Source: Eledone cirrhosa
Lineage: Eukaryota
NCBI GenBank assembly: GCA_964016885.1
Contig: OZ024745.1
Coordinates: 93,248,001-93,312,000, forward strand
Reading direction: 5' to 3'
DNA length: 64,000 bases
Below the pieces are notes generated by a model that saw nothing but the letters and a program-made list of their open reading frames with translations, searched no databases and was not told the DNA's origin. Position numbers and translations under genes: made by a program. Positions 39,101 to 52,000 of the stretch are shown piece after piece (position 1 is the first letter of the stretch; every line of letters begins with the position of its first letter).

Positions 39101-40366
39101 TTAACCCTTTAGTGTTCAAACCACCCGAAACCGGCCGAAATTATTTCCCCTTCATTTGTTCAAACCGCCTGAAACCGGCCGATAACACCCACACTAAAAT
39201 ATTGTTCTAAAAATAAACAAACCATTATCAAAGTCTCGTCAATTCGAGATTACTGTGAGATTAGGCCCTTACCATGAAAATTAACACTTAATATAGTGAA
39301 ACAACTTGAAACAACATGTGTTTTTTTAACGTTGAAAGTAGAACAGATTTTTTGTGTATCAACATGGTTTGTGAAAGTAGCGATACTGACTTTGAAGGTT
39401 TTACACACGACGACATTCAGAATGAACAAGAAACAAAAGATAATATTAGTGATTTATCTTCAAATGAATCAGATGTTTACATTTCTGAAATTTCATCCGA
39501 CGATGATTGTTGTTTTGAAAGTGAAAACAAAGGAGATCTCCAGGATGCCATTGAAAATATTACAGCAACGTGGTTTAAAAATACCACACTAATATATGTT
39601 CCCGATTTTATTCAAAATACTGGTCCACAACACACATTAGCTCCCGATGCTAAAGTACTGGATTATTTCTTTTTGTTTTTACCACAAACTTTCTTTGAAG
39701 TTGTGGCAGAAGAGATTAATCGATATGCCCAACAACAGATTTCAAATCGAGGAAAACTCGATCTGTTTGGCGATCGACAGATGCTGCGGAAATGCAAGCA
39801 TTTTTTACCGTAAATATTATGTTTGGTATAAAACAATTTCCAAGACTGTGGAATTACTGGAACACTGATATAAGGTTTAGTGATCCTTATATATCAAGTA
39901 TTATGCCAAAAACAACGTATTTAAAATTAAACCAGTATTTGCACCTGGTTGATACTTCAAATGCCCCTATTAATTAATTTCACCTACCCATAAAAGTCAA
40001 ATTTAACCAAAAAAATCAGGTAAAATTATATAATTGCAAATTATTGATATTTAAACATCTGACAAAATTTCAAAATAATAAAAAAATTTAGAGAGATTTA
40101 GTAATATGACTACCTCTCTCATTATTTAGCTGGTATTTGGAACCTAACTCAACAAAAAGTTCATCATCATCATTTTATGTCTACTTTTCCCTGCTTGCAA
40201 GGGTGGGATGGGTCCTCTTCAGCACAGCATCTCTCCATTTACCATGGTCCTTCTTACATAAAATTATGATGAAAGGTTTTTAGATAAATATGAACATTTT
40301 AGAATGCATAGTTTTATGTCACAGAACCAGGGTTGTTTTCAGGTGGTTTGCTATAAAAAATGTTAA
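39101..40366 (+). mobile_element. Internally deleted piggyBac-like element with transposase N-terminal remnant (39364-39977)
   Basis: TTAA-CCCTTTAG left end; acidic N-terminus; LDYFFLFLP..FEVVAEEINRYAQQ and, after a frameshift, EMQAFF...GIKQFPRLWNYW..IMP...YLKLNQYLHLVD (PGBD motifs). Right end (tgttaa at 40366) is tentative. Confidence 0.8.
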
Positions 40367-40470
40367 AAGTTTAATGTTATGTGTTTTGTATGAGAATGTC
40401 AGTACATCCTTCACAATGCTAGGCTGTTACTATATTTAGTACAACTTCACATTATTTTTCTTTCTTGCAG

Positions 40471-40604
40471 ATCAAAGAAATGAGCATGAAAATGAAAACA
40501 CTAATCCTGGTTACCAATCTCAATATCCTGGTTATCAGTCATTCTATCCTGGTTATCAACCTCACTTTAATACTCCTTATGGGTTTCGTCAGAGAAGGTT
40601 CTGA
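40471..40604 (+). CDS. RHBDD1: RHBDD1 terminal coding exon
   Basis: tttctttcttgcag|AT phase 1; DQRNEHENENTNPGYQSQYPGYQSFYPGYQPHFNTPYGFRQRRF*; total CDS 457+147+81+134 = 819 nt. Confidence 0.75.
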
Positions 40605-41265
40605 AGATATTAAAAAAGAAACACCTTTAAAGACAATCTCTAATTTGTTGAGATCAGTTTTTTCGGTAATTATGCAATTTTCACCTTGTTTGTTTGAAAT
40701 TTTCTCTTATAAGCAAACCCAAACTATTTAAATCCTTTCTCCTCTGGACTGGAACCCTCTGGAATTCTCTCCTCTAGCCATGCTATTTCTACAAATATGC
40801 ATATTGAACATGAACTGTATCAATCTCCTCAGTCTAGAAAGTCCTGCAAAGGTCATTGACACTACCTTCCTCCTCTCACTAACTTATAATAAAGAAAAAT
40901 GTCTTTGTCTCAGTTTTTCTTTGCTGTGGGTCCATTCCACTTTCAGTAGACTACCCAGCTGTCATTGTCTATTCACACCAAATGTCTGTTCTACAAAGTT
41001 GTTTTTCCTGATATCTAAATACTTAGTCTTTCCTTTTTTTTTCCAGTTCACTTCTGCTCTCAGCTCCGGCTGTCATAAAACTTACAGACTACTAATCACA
41101 TAAATCAAATTTTACTAAAAAATTGGAGTATTTGTTTTTCTGGTTGGAGACATTTGTCAATACTGACCTAAATGTTGTAGTGGAACTAGAACTTGTCCAG
41201 TTTGGTGGATTGAAACAAGTAGAATAACATATCTTGCCACTGACAAGAGCTGCTGGAAGGAGTGT

Positions 41266-41597
41266 TTAACCCTTTAGCATTTAAACCAGCCATATCTGGC
41301 CAGAATTGTCTCGCCTCTTTCTGTTCAAACCGATCATAACCAGCTGTAACTGACCCCTCATACTTATGTTAGGGTATTGTTCTCAAAATAAATAATATCA
41401 AAATCTCATAGATTCAATGTTATGTGAGGTATCATGTAAGGTAAAGCCCTTACCATGAAAATACTATAGTATATATATAGAGTAATGTAAATGTTATGTG
41501 AGGTAAAGCCTTTACCATGAAAATACTATAGTATATATAGAGTAATGTAAATGTTATGTGAGGTAAAGCCTTTACCATGAAAATACTATAATATATA
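41266..41597 (+). mobile_element. piggyBac-type MITE with internal ~60-bp triplication, right end missing
   Basis: TTAA-CCCTTTAGCATTTA start; aatgttatgtgaggt..aaagcc..ttaccatgaaaatactata repeated three times. Confidence 0.8.
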
Positions 41598-41598
41598 A

Positions 41599-41616
41599 GG
41601 CAGTCAAAAAATGGCG
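41599..41616 (+). promoter_or_regulatory. Candidate internal Pol II promoter of the CR1 element (Inr-like CAGTC plus YY1-like AAAATGGCG)
   Basis: Motifs sit at the inferred 5' boundary; motif match only. Confidence 0.35.
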
Positions 41617-42407
41617 ACAAGGAAGGTCGCTTGACCACGTCTTAACCAAACAAAATATAATATTTTCACCCAAAACTGCCCTTTAAACACATGTCAGATG
41701 GATTACAATATTCATTATTACAACTACTTTGACTGTTCCCTGACAAATAGTACCAGTTTCAAGATAGAATTATCTTAACGAAGTATATATAATTTGACTT
41801 GATTTTCGCCAACAAACCACGTGTGGACATGGACGGGGAAAAAGGGAAAAAACAAAACAAATCACTACATTCCTTAAGGATCGCAGTAAGTACTCCACAA
41901 AACATATAAACAACAATATAACACAGATTTATATACAGATACATACCATATGCATATACACACACGTGAAAAGAAACCACACTATTTCGTGTGAGACACT
42001 ATACCGGCCAATTTTACCAATTTACATTGGTAAAATATTTCTTAACATTGACTTCGCTTCTAACCCACATACACCTTTTAATTATATATATATACTAGCA
42101 GCTGAAAGTTAATAATTTGGAAAAAAAAAAAAAATATTATTGAAAGTTTATTATAAAGAAGCAGTATCAGGGGGAAAAAACAAAAAAAACAAAAACGTTA
42201 TTTCGCTGTTAATAAACAACTGCCTTCTACAGTACGTTTCATTTAACTTACGCAGCATATTTATTTGTTTACATGCACAGACTCTTCTACACACACACAC
42301 AACATTTAGGAAAACGGAAACAAAATACACAAAAAAACAAACATTTTATTTCTATCGTAATCAAGTGCGCTAAACCTATATTGTTTACATTCTGTGTTTT
42401 TCTACGG

Positions 42408-43679
42408 ATGGGTAGAAATAACAAAATTGCCATGGTGATATCCATCGATGAAATATGCGACAAAACCGGCCGATGTCCCAAGATAGAACATTGCCCAGAA
42501 AATCACATCTGCCATATCTGTGCGGAACCCGAAAACTCGTTCCGTAATCGCTGGGTCGAATGTGGAACCTGTCACATCTCTGTCTGCCTTCAATGCGCCA
42601 CAGGCTTCCGGAGGATCCCAGGCCAAAAAAAGAGACATCATAATGCTATGATGGATGGAATCTGGGAGATGGTCCAGCTAAAATCCTGGTCCTTTCAGTG
42701 TCTGGACTGTGTGTCTGCCTCCACTAATGTTATTGAAAGACAACAACAAAAACCAATGACTGTGTCTTCCTCTACCATTGTTACTGAACAACGGCAAAAA
42801 CCTATGACACTGGCTTCTGCTGCTATTCCTGTGGGAGAACATCAGAAACAACAACAACCCATGTCTTCCACTCCCAGTACTTCTCGACACCAACAACTGG
42901 TGACTGTGTCTTCCCCTGCCATTCCCGTGGAGGAACATCATCATCACCAACAACAGCAACAACCTGCGACTGTGTCCTCCCCTGCCATTCCCGTGGAGGA
43001 AAATCATCATCACCAACAACGACAGCAGCAGCAGCAACAACAACAACAACAACAACCGACCAGTACAGATTTTGCGGAACTGCAACTAATGATTTCTGCT
43101 CTGAGAAGGGAAGTTGCAGGAATAGAGGCAAGCATTCGGGTAGGACCCCACAATGAGGGGTCTTATCGGAATGCCTTGCTAAAGAATCTCCCTGTACCTC
43201 TTGCTGAAAAGACTGCGGAATCTGCTACCCATGAAGTGATTGCCATTGGGGTACCAGAGGACAAGGCTGATCTTCAGGCATTTGCTGCCAGCTCAGCCAA
43301 AGACCTAGGCTGTGTTCCCCCAAAGGGTGCTCTCCGCCTTGGTCGACCTGGTCCAAAACCCAGACTCATCAGGCTGTCTTTTTCGGACCCCGCAGAGGCA
43401 ACCTCATATCATCTGGCCTCTGCTAAAGCTGGGCGTGAAAATCGGATTACCTTCCGAACACGCCCAGGCCTACCACCCCATGTACGTCCAAAGCTACGTG
43501 CTGCAGCTTCCTTGAATCGGAACTCAGCACAAGATGAAAGTTTTAGTCTGCGTGATGATGGGCAGATCTGGAGGTTTGTCAAGGCTGGTGAAACGTGGAA
43601 GAGAGATACCAGCTAGTCTGAGTGTGATCTACCCACAATAACTGGCAATGTAAAAACTGCTACAACTCTGGGAAACTAA
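42408..43679 (+). pseudogene. CR1 ORF1: PHD-like finger, polyQ linker, coiled coil, RRM-like domain; one premature TAG
   Basis: CHIC..VECGTCHISVCLQC..FQCLDC; VIAIGVPE..RLGRPGPKPRLIRLSF. TAG at 43614 is TGG in the copy at ~20620, so the natural stop is TAA 43677-43679. Confidence 0.85.
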
Positions 43680-46501
43680 ACCAGAACAACCTGCCACCCT
43701 CTACACACCATCATAAACTGCGAGCAGGGTACAAATTGTTGTCCTTAAATGCTCGCAGTTTATGCAACAAGATACATCTGTTCGAATCCTACGTCAGAAG
43801 CATCGACCCTGACTTCATCACAGTCACGGAAACATGGGCACATTCCTTACTCTGTGATGGGGTTTTCAGCATTACTGGGTACAACCTTTTCCGCAAGGAC
43901 CGCATTAACTGCCGTGGTGGTGGTGTGATGGTCTACGTTCGTTCAAACTTTTCGGTAATTCCTTGCGTTGATTTGAACGAATCACAAGAAGAAGTTTTTT
44001 TCTGTGACATACGTATGACCATGTCAACACTTCTGCTTGGTGTTGTTTATCGCCCCCCCAAACTACCATCAGGACACGCAGCTTTGCGATATCCTCAGAG
44101 TTGCTGCCAAGAAAACAGCCACTTATGTGTTTATTGCAGGTGACTTCAATCATCCTGAGATCGATTGGGAAACCTTTCATTGGCCACAAGGTGCAAACGA
44201 TTTCCTTGAACTAATGCTGGACCCAAACTGGTCACAAGTAGTCACCTCTCCAACAAGAGGTGACAACACTTTGGACCTGATCTTCACCACTACCCCTGAA
44301 GTGGTTATCAGTTGTACTACTGAGGAACCTCTAGGCGACTCTGATCATGCTATGATCATTGCCAATCTAGCACTTGAGGGCAGCAACAAAAACCAGAACC
44401 ATCTCCAATCTGCTTGCTTTGATTGGAAGAGGGCGGATTGGAACTTGTACTGCACTGAGCTACAGCGCCCAAACTGGCATGAGATGTATAACTCTGGAGA
44501 TGTGAACTCTATACTCGAGAGCATCCTGGACTCAATATGGATAGCGTGTGCAGCATCAGTGCCACGGAAACGGAAAAATAATCACCCCAAAAGTGCAATC
44601 TGGGAAACTTCAGCGGTCCGACTTGCCAGGAAAGAACGTCGGAACGCTGAACGGGAATATAAACTGCATAAATCAGATGCCAACAGAAAAAAGCGGAATA
44701 AATCTTCTAACCATCTCAAGCAAGTGACAAAGAAGGCAGTGCTTGAATTTGAACAGTGCATCGCAACCAATCCTGACAGTAAGGTGTTCTGGAAATATGT
44801 TCATTCAAAGCAGAGACCTCACTCTCCAGTTGGTCCTCTTCGCAATCCCCACACAAGCCAGATCACTGACGATCCAAAGGAATGCGCAGAACTCATTGCT
44901 GAGTGCTATGCAAGTATTTTTACTGTTGAAAACCAGAATGTACCATCTCCACCATCTCTAACATCAAATTCCATAACAACTATGGAATTTACACCTGCAA
45001 TGTTGCGACGTCACCTTAAGAATAAGCGCAACTATGCCTCCCCTGGTCTTGATGGTGTGACATACCTGCTTCTCAAACATGGCGGGTATTTCCTTTTGCG
45101 CCAGCTTTCTTTCTTCTTTCAATACTGTCTCAACAATGGTGCTACTCCGGAGCAGTGGAAAACTGCCAGTGTCATTCCCCTGTTCAAAAAGGGCAACCGC
45201 ATGTCACCTGTCAACTATCGTCCAGTCAGTCTTACTAGCTGTATGGCCAAACTGATGAAATCCTGTGTCAGAGAAACACTTTGGAACTTCTGGAGCTCTC
45301 ACAGCCTCATCCAGCCCTCACAGTTTGGATTTATCCCTAACTCCAGCTGCTGTGATCAGCTTATCGAGTTCCTTGAGGACATCACCCGGATCACTGACAG
45401 CGGCTCATGGGTGGATGTTGTTTACCTTGACTTTGCTAAGGCTTTTAATTCTGTGCCACACAAAAGACTTATGGCAAAACTCTCTGCAATGGGTGTGAGG
45501 GATGATCTTTTCGACTGGTTGAAATCCTTCATTCTCAGCCGAAAAGAAGTAGTCACGGTTCTAGGACAGCATTCTTCACCATATGAGATGTCATCTGGTG
45601 TACCACAGGGATCTGTTCTTGGTCCTCTTTTGTTTGTGGCATATATTAATGACATAGATGCCAACTTACAGAATGCCAGGTACTAAAATATGCAGATGAC
45701 ATCAAGCTGTACCTTGAAATCAAAAGGACTGATCCTGAAATTTACAACTCTTTCCTACAATCAGACCTGGACACAATGCAGCAATGGATCACAGACTGGC
45801 AACTGAAGCTGGCTGTGGACAAGTGTACCACCATGCATTTTGGAAGGAAAAATCCAGCGTCCACATACTCCCTCCACAACACTGATATCAAAAAGTCCTC
45901 TTGTGAACGTGACCTGGGCATTACTGTTAGCAACGATTTGCGTTGGACAAAGCATGTCTCTAAGATTGTCAAGAAGGCCGAGGGTGTCTTGGCATCACTC
46001 AGCAAGACCTTTGTTAGCCGCTCTCCAGCCATCTATTTAAAACTGTATACAGCTATGGTGCGACCACACTTGGAATTCGCATCATCAGTCTGGAACCCCT
46101 ATCTTGCTCAGAACATTGACCTCCTGGAAACTGTTCAGAGACGTGCAACCAAGCGCATACCCTCCATCAGACACCTACCATACTCTGAACGCCTTGCTTC
46201 CCTGGGCATGGATTCATTGAAGCTCCGACGTCTGGCGATGGACTTGGTGAATACCCACAAAGTTTTTAACCATCTCGCCAATTGCAACCCTGAGCGCCTC
46301 TTTGATCTCCATGTGTCTAACACACGTGGACATGCCTACAAGATCAGAAAACAGCACAGCTCCCATGACTTTCGTAGACATTTTTTCACGCTCAGAGTTG
46401 CTGAAGCATGGAACAAACTGCCTGCGTCAATTGTTAGCTGCCGAGACACTGCATCCTTTAAGACACTCATGCTTCCCGAAATACGCCAAAACTACACCTG
46501 A
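43670..46501 (+). pseudogene. CR1 ORF2: APE endonuclease plus reverse transcriptase, two 1-nt frameshifts
   Basis: LNARSL, VTETW, VYRPP, GDFN, LDLIF, SDH; NYRPVSLTS, QFGF, YLDFAKAFNSV, GVPQGSVLGPLLF, YADD (45689-45700); frameshifts at the C7 run ~44055 and at ~45680. Confidence 0.93.
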
Positions 46502-46664
46502 TGTACCCCTTCCATACACATGCACACGTGTGTATCATGACTCGTGCACTGTTCATTTTACTGATGTTTGTACATTGCCCTATGTACTGTACTTGCACTT
46601 TTTTGATGAGTTGTGGTGCACCTGGGCACTGTACACAATATTTCAATATTGTTATTATTATTAT

Positions 46665-46785
46665 ATCATGACTCATACACTGTTCATTTTCCTGACATTT
46701 GTACATTATTCTATGTACTATACATGCACCTTTGATGAGTTGTAGTGCACCTGAGCACTGTACACAATAATTTCATTATTATTAT
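46665..46785 (+). mobile_element. Second short CR1 3' UTR copy placed directly in the tail of the full element
   Basis: Repeats 46533-46660 with diagnostic differences matching 16651-16770. Confidence 0.8.
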
Positions 46786-47139
46786 CTTCTTAAGTAAAGT
46801 TAGAGGAATCTGACATTTCAGGACTGACCACAGGTCTAAGAGAAAGATTTTTCAACTAATGTAAACTCCCTTAGATTTTGATTTTTACATGTTATATTTT
46901 CTTGAGCCTTTCTGTACTGATTAACCCCCCCCCCCCCAAAAAAAAAACTATAGTATTTTTATTAAATTTAAACTGATAATCTGTACTTTTATGAGCATTT
47001 ACAAAAGACTATGCACATCGGACACTTTTATTGCAATATTATTATAAATTGGGACACTATTATCCAATAGTAGCAACATTGTTTAATATAATTAGCAATG
47101 GAAATAAGAAAAATTACTAATTATTGCTAAATTATGATA

Positions 47140-47660
47140 AATATTGAAACAGAATCTAGAATTAAAAGGTCTGAAAGTAAAATTAGCCAAAACTAAAGAG
47201 CTAGTAAGTAGGAAAGAAGATAGGACCCTGAGCCCCTCAGAGAAGTGGCCCTGCTCAATATGTAGAAAAGGTGTAGGTATAAATTCTATACAATGTACAC
47301 AATGTAAATCTTGGATACACAAGATATGTAGTAGGATAACAGGTAGACTAACATGAAAGGAAGACTTTGTAGAAGATGCACAGGAGTAATCGAGGGTAAG
47401 AGGGTCAGTGATATAAACCTTTTCCAATCACATGAAGGATCCATAGAAGTGGTTGATAGCTTCTGCTATCTAAGTGACCTAATTAGCAGTCGAGGAGGTT
47501 GCTCTGAGAGCATAATAGCTAGAATAAGGATAGGGTGGAAGAAGTTTAGAGAGCTATTCCCACTGTTGACAATGAAAGGTTTCTTCCTATGTACTGTATG
47601 ACACCTGTGTGTGATGTGTTATGCTGCATGGTAGTGAAACATAGTTAGTGACTGCTGAGG
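47140..47660 (+). mobile_element. RTE LINE ORF fragment with Cys/His finger
   Basis: KWPCSICRKGVGINSIQCTQCKSWIHKICS..VDSFCYLSD..ARIRIGWKKFREL. Confidence 0.8.
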
Positions 47661-48199
47661 TGAGCTGTGAATATGAAAATAAGCAGACTCAGACCAGACC
47701 ATGGGTGGCCCTTTGGCAAAGCCTAGCACCCGAGAGCCACTCTGCCAGGGTTACAGTTAAACCATGTGTTTGCAGTATGGTGGATGATGAAATACAGTAA
47801 ATGAATTCAAGTCAGAATCAATAGCAATAGCTCATCTAATATGGAGCAGAAGAACCTCCTTGCTCAAAGATCAGAATCGAAAGTTCAGTCATGGAAGAAC
47901 TGAAACAGTGCTACAGGTGTAGCATTTGCTAATGAGAACTTAACCATTGAAAGATTAACATGACTCAAGCTCAAGTCAGACACTTATTGTGTGGCTCAAC
48001 AAGAAGCATGTTCAGCTGAGGTACCGACTTCAGCTACTCAGTTAAAACCAAGCTTACTTGAATGCAAAAGATACACTGCCATATCAAGCTTCAACATCTA
48101 ATCAAGCAACTACCAGAGCTTACTGCATCTGTTGTTAAACAGATTGTTAATATAAACTATACTTAGGGACACCATTTTTATTATTTTGGACTTGAACAA

Positions 48200-48504
48200 G
48201 TGCCCCATTGTACGAGTAATTTGCTGTACGAGTCAAATTTTTGTCTTGTAGTACGAGTGGAAATCTGCAGTACAAGTGACCGCTAGTCGGCGCTGAGCTC
48301 GCACACACTCTCCCAACAAGTACAGCCTCTGTTCACTCAGTTGATGTGTTTATCTTGTGGCAGCATCCATATTGTGTTTTCCCAGTGATTTTGTTTTTAG
48401 TTTTGTGCATTTTTTTGCTATTATTTTATAATAATTGCATCTTTTCTGTTTTGAAATCAATAAAAATGATTTTGGGGGTGTGGGGGTGGAACAGATTATT
48501 TACA
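48200..48504. mobile_element. MITE-like remnant with GTACGAGT repeats; host site of the Helitron, continues at 58587
   Basis: Repeated tgtacgagt; the joined flanks ggggtggaacagattatttaca|ttttaattaatttcaatagggaaaatttg read as a familiar pogo/Tigger-type subterminal motif (from memory). Confidence 0.5.
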
Positions 48505-49010
48505 TCTATTTATTAATTTCAAGAACGTCACTATTCCGTGTGTCATAATTCTCGATTATCATTGGTACATAGGTTTCAAACGACTCCGCCAACCTCAATG
48601 ACGCCAAACTGAAATTAATATGCATAATGCCAATGAGGGAGTGAGAGGAGAGAGTGTGAACACTGTGTTTAATAACTATTAACATGTGTGTGTGTGTATG
48701 TACTTGTGTGTATGCTTATGTGTGTGTGCATGCGTGCAGCGTTCAACAGAAAGTAAAAACTATCAACATGTGTGAGTGTGCGCGTTTCCATGCGTGTATG
48801 TGTGTGGCGTTCCACAATCGCCACGCAGTTTATCTGTCTGTGTGCCTGTCTGTCAGTCTAACATACACAGAGTTATGAAGGGAGTAAATAGGGACCTTTC
48901 TTTACATTGCCGGACATCTTTTATATTTATTATTGTCTCATTTTTTGACAATTGCTCGAAATGAATACTGACAATAAAAGCAATTCGACTTTATCAAACA
49001 GTAAACTACA

Positions 49011-52000
49011 GCGGCGACGGCGTGCAGCTAGGAATGAAAAAAAAATGGGCCGAACTTCAGAGGCGAAGACGTGCGGCCATGAATGAAGAGGAGCTGCCTG
49101 AACAACGCCAACGAAACACTGGAACCAAGCAGCGATGGCGTGCTGCGTTAGTTGAAGACGAACTGGCTGAGCATCATCAGTAGATGGCCAGAATTCAGCA
49201 GCAATGGCGTGCTGCGATGGATGAAGAGGAGCTGGCTGAACAGCGCCAGCGCAATACAGAAGTTCAGAGAATGTGTCGCCAAAGTGCTCCTCATTCCAGT
49301 AAAGAGGCCAGAAGGCGAACGAATGATATTAAAAATGGATCATGGCAACCGTGTCATTTTCAGATTGGTGGACGAGCAGAGTGTCCACATTGTGGAGCAT
49401 TGCTTTGGAGGCACGAAAAGACGTGGACCACAATGTGCTGTCATAAAGGAGCAGTTCAACTAGAACCCTTGCGAATGCCAGATGATGAGTAGTCACCAGA
49501 GTTTAAAATACTAAGTATGTGGGGTGATCAAGGAGACCGAGGTAGATTACTGCACAAATATTCGCGCCAAATTAACAATTCATTAGCTTTAGCTTCGCAG
49601 AGAGTTAGTGAGATGTTTGAGAGTGGAGCATGGCAACCGAATGTAGTCATTCAAGGCCGTTTGTATCAATTGTATCGGTAATCTAGAAGTTACCCCAAGA
49701 GAGAGGCCTCGATTCGCTCAAATTTACGTTAATGATCCAGATTATAGTGAATCGGAGGAGGATATCAGGATCTGTTGGATGAAGTTGCCGGGAAATATAA
49801 CTGAACTTGAACGGCAAAGGTCAAGTGATTTGATCCGTGATTTGCAATCATGGCTTAGAGAGTGTAATCCTTATGTTATGGATTTCATGTTGGTGGCTGA
49901 ACTGCAAAATGTTCAGCAGCAAACATTGGTGATTAAGGCTGACGCAGTGCCAAGGAATCAACACGAACAGCGATATAATGTCCCTGAAGGATTTTGTGAA
50001 GTTGCTGTGTTGATGGACGATAAGCCTGGATCGAGAGATATCGTCCTCAATCGCAGAGATGGTGGTCTCAAGACTATCAATGAGTCAAATAGGGCATATG
50101 ATCCATTGCATTATGTTCTTTTATTCCCAAAAGGTGAAAATGGATGGAACATGTCTGTTCATTTAGATGATCATGAGAATCAGCATCAACAGGGAGGTGG
50201 CAATAGACACAATAATTCGATTCGCGACTTTTACGCGTTCCATTTGAACAAGAGGAATCAACAGAGAAATGCGCTATTTCAAGCCAGCAGATTGTTCCAG
50301 GAATACTGTTGTATGGCATTCGCAAAGATCGAAAATGAAAGGCTAAATTATATAGCTACACATCAACAACATATCAGAGCTGAATTGTATAATAATATAC
50401 AGGATGTGATAACAGCCGATGATGTCAATTACAAGCAAATTGGTCGACGCATCATTTTGCCATCGTCGTTCATCGGCAACCCGAGATATATGAACATTCG
50501 CTATCAGGATGCAATGGCTATTGTCAGAAAGTTTGGAAAGCCAGATTTGTTTATAACGGTTACATGCAATCCTGAATGGACTGATATTAAGGATGCACTT
50601 TTGCCAGGACAACAGCCAAAGGACCGTCCTGATATTGTGGCAAGAGTATTCAAAGGATATCTGAAAAAGATAATGGATAATGTGGAAAAAGAGGGAATCT
50701 TTGGAGGTATAGTTGCTTTTACATACGTAATTGAATTCCAAAAAAGAGGATTGCCACATGCACATTTGCTGATCATTTTACATAGAGATTGCAAATTGAG
50801 ATGTGCTGAGGATGTCGACAGCATTGTGTGTGCTGAACTTCCGGAGAACGAGGCACTACGCAACTTGGTGGCAAAGTCAATGGTGCACAACCAATGCGGC
50901 GTGGCAAATTGGAAAGCGCCTTGCATGAAAAATGGCCAATGCAGTAAGCCCTTTCCAAAATCTTTTGTCACGAACACCTCCTGGAACGATGGGGATGCTC
51001 ATCCCTCATACAGAAGATGGTCGCCTGCCAATGGCGGTTTGGTCGAAAATGTAAACAGTCGACAGGTTACAAATCAATGGGTTGTGCCATACAATCCATA
51101 TTTGATTATGAAATATCGTTGTCATATTAATGTGGAAATTTGTAGCTCAGTGAAAGCTTGCAAATATCTATTCAAATATGTTTACAAAGGTCATGATCGG
51201 GCAATGATCAATGTCAGGAATGAGGAAGCGAACCAAGGAGATGAAGTTGGTAGGTTCCAGGATGTTCGCTCGATTGGATCTAGCGAAGCTTGCTGGAGAT
51301 TGTTCGATTTTCATCTCAATGAACGCAAACCCAGCGTTCAGAAACTGACGGTTCACTTAGAGGATAGGCAAATGGTCTGTTTTCAGGACACTAGAAGAGG
51401 TGTCGAAAGAATTGCTAACGCACCACCTCCTAAGACGGAATTGACTGAGTGGTTCAAACATAATAGGGAATATGCTTTGAACCCGGATCAAAGGCAACTC
51501 TACTGCGATTTCCCTTCGCACTATACGTGGGATAAGAAGGGAAAGAAATGGAATGATAGAAAACAAAAGTTGAGGTTCATGACTATTGGACGGGTTTGTA
51601 ATATCCATCCAGCATCTGGTGATGTGTTTTATCTCCGAATTCTGTTGCATAGTGATTTTTCGAGAGGTAAACAGAGCTTCGCTGATTTGAAAACAATCAA
51701 TGGCGTGAAATATGAAACATACCAGACTGTGTGTCAACAATAGGGACTGATTCAGGATGTCGCTGAATGGAATAACGCCATGAAAGCTGCAGGAACAACA
51801 CAGATGCCAGCTCAAATAAGGCAGTTGTTTGTCACAATTCTAGGCTTCTGCAATCCTGCCAATCCAAGAGTTATTTGAACGCCATTGGGGAATTATGGCT
51901 GATGATTTTAGGCATCATCTTCAGGTCGATAATGAAAATTTGATGAAGGCTTTTGTTTTGCTCAATATTGAGCAACTGCTTGAAGTTCATTTGAAATGTT

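Larger units (their letters stand above)
41598..46664 (+). mobile_element. Near full-length CR1-clade LINE
   Basis: ORF1 + ORF2 + 3' UTR with (ATT)n tail; 5' boundary inferred from loss of MITE homology and Inr/YY1-like GGCAGTCAAAAAATGGCG. Confidence 0.85.

Noticed and set aside
41598-42407. HDV-like or hammerhead ribozyme in the CR1 5' UTR
   Set aside because: Only short hairpins seen; no L3, J4/2 or CUGANGA core found by eye.
43614-43616. Stop-codon readthrough in CR1 ORF1
   Set aside because: The other copy has TGG, so a nonsense mutation is the simpler explanation.
44129-45758. Deletion in the 20539 CR1 copy as a spliced-out intron
   Set aside because: Begins GT but ends AC, with no register giving GT-AG.
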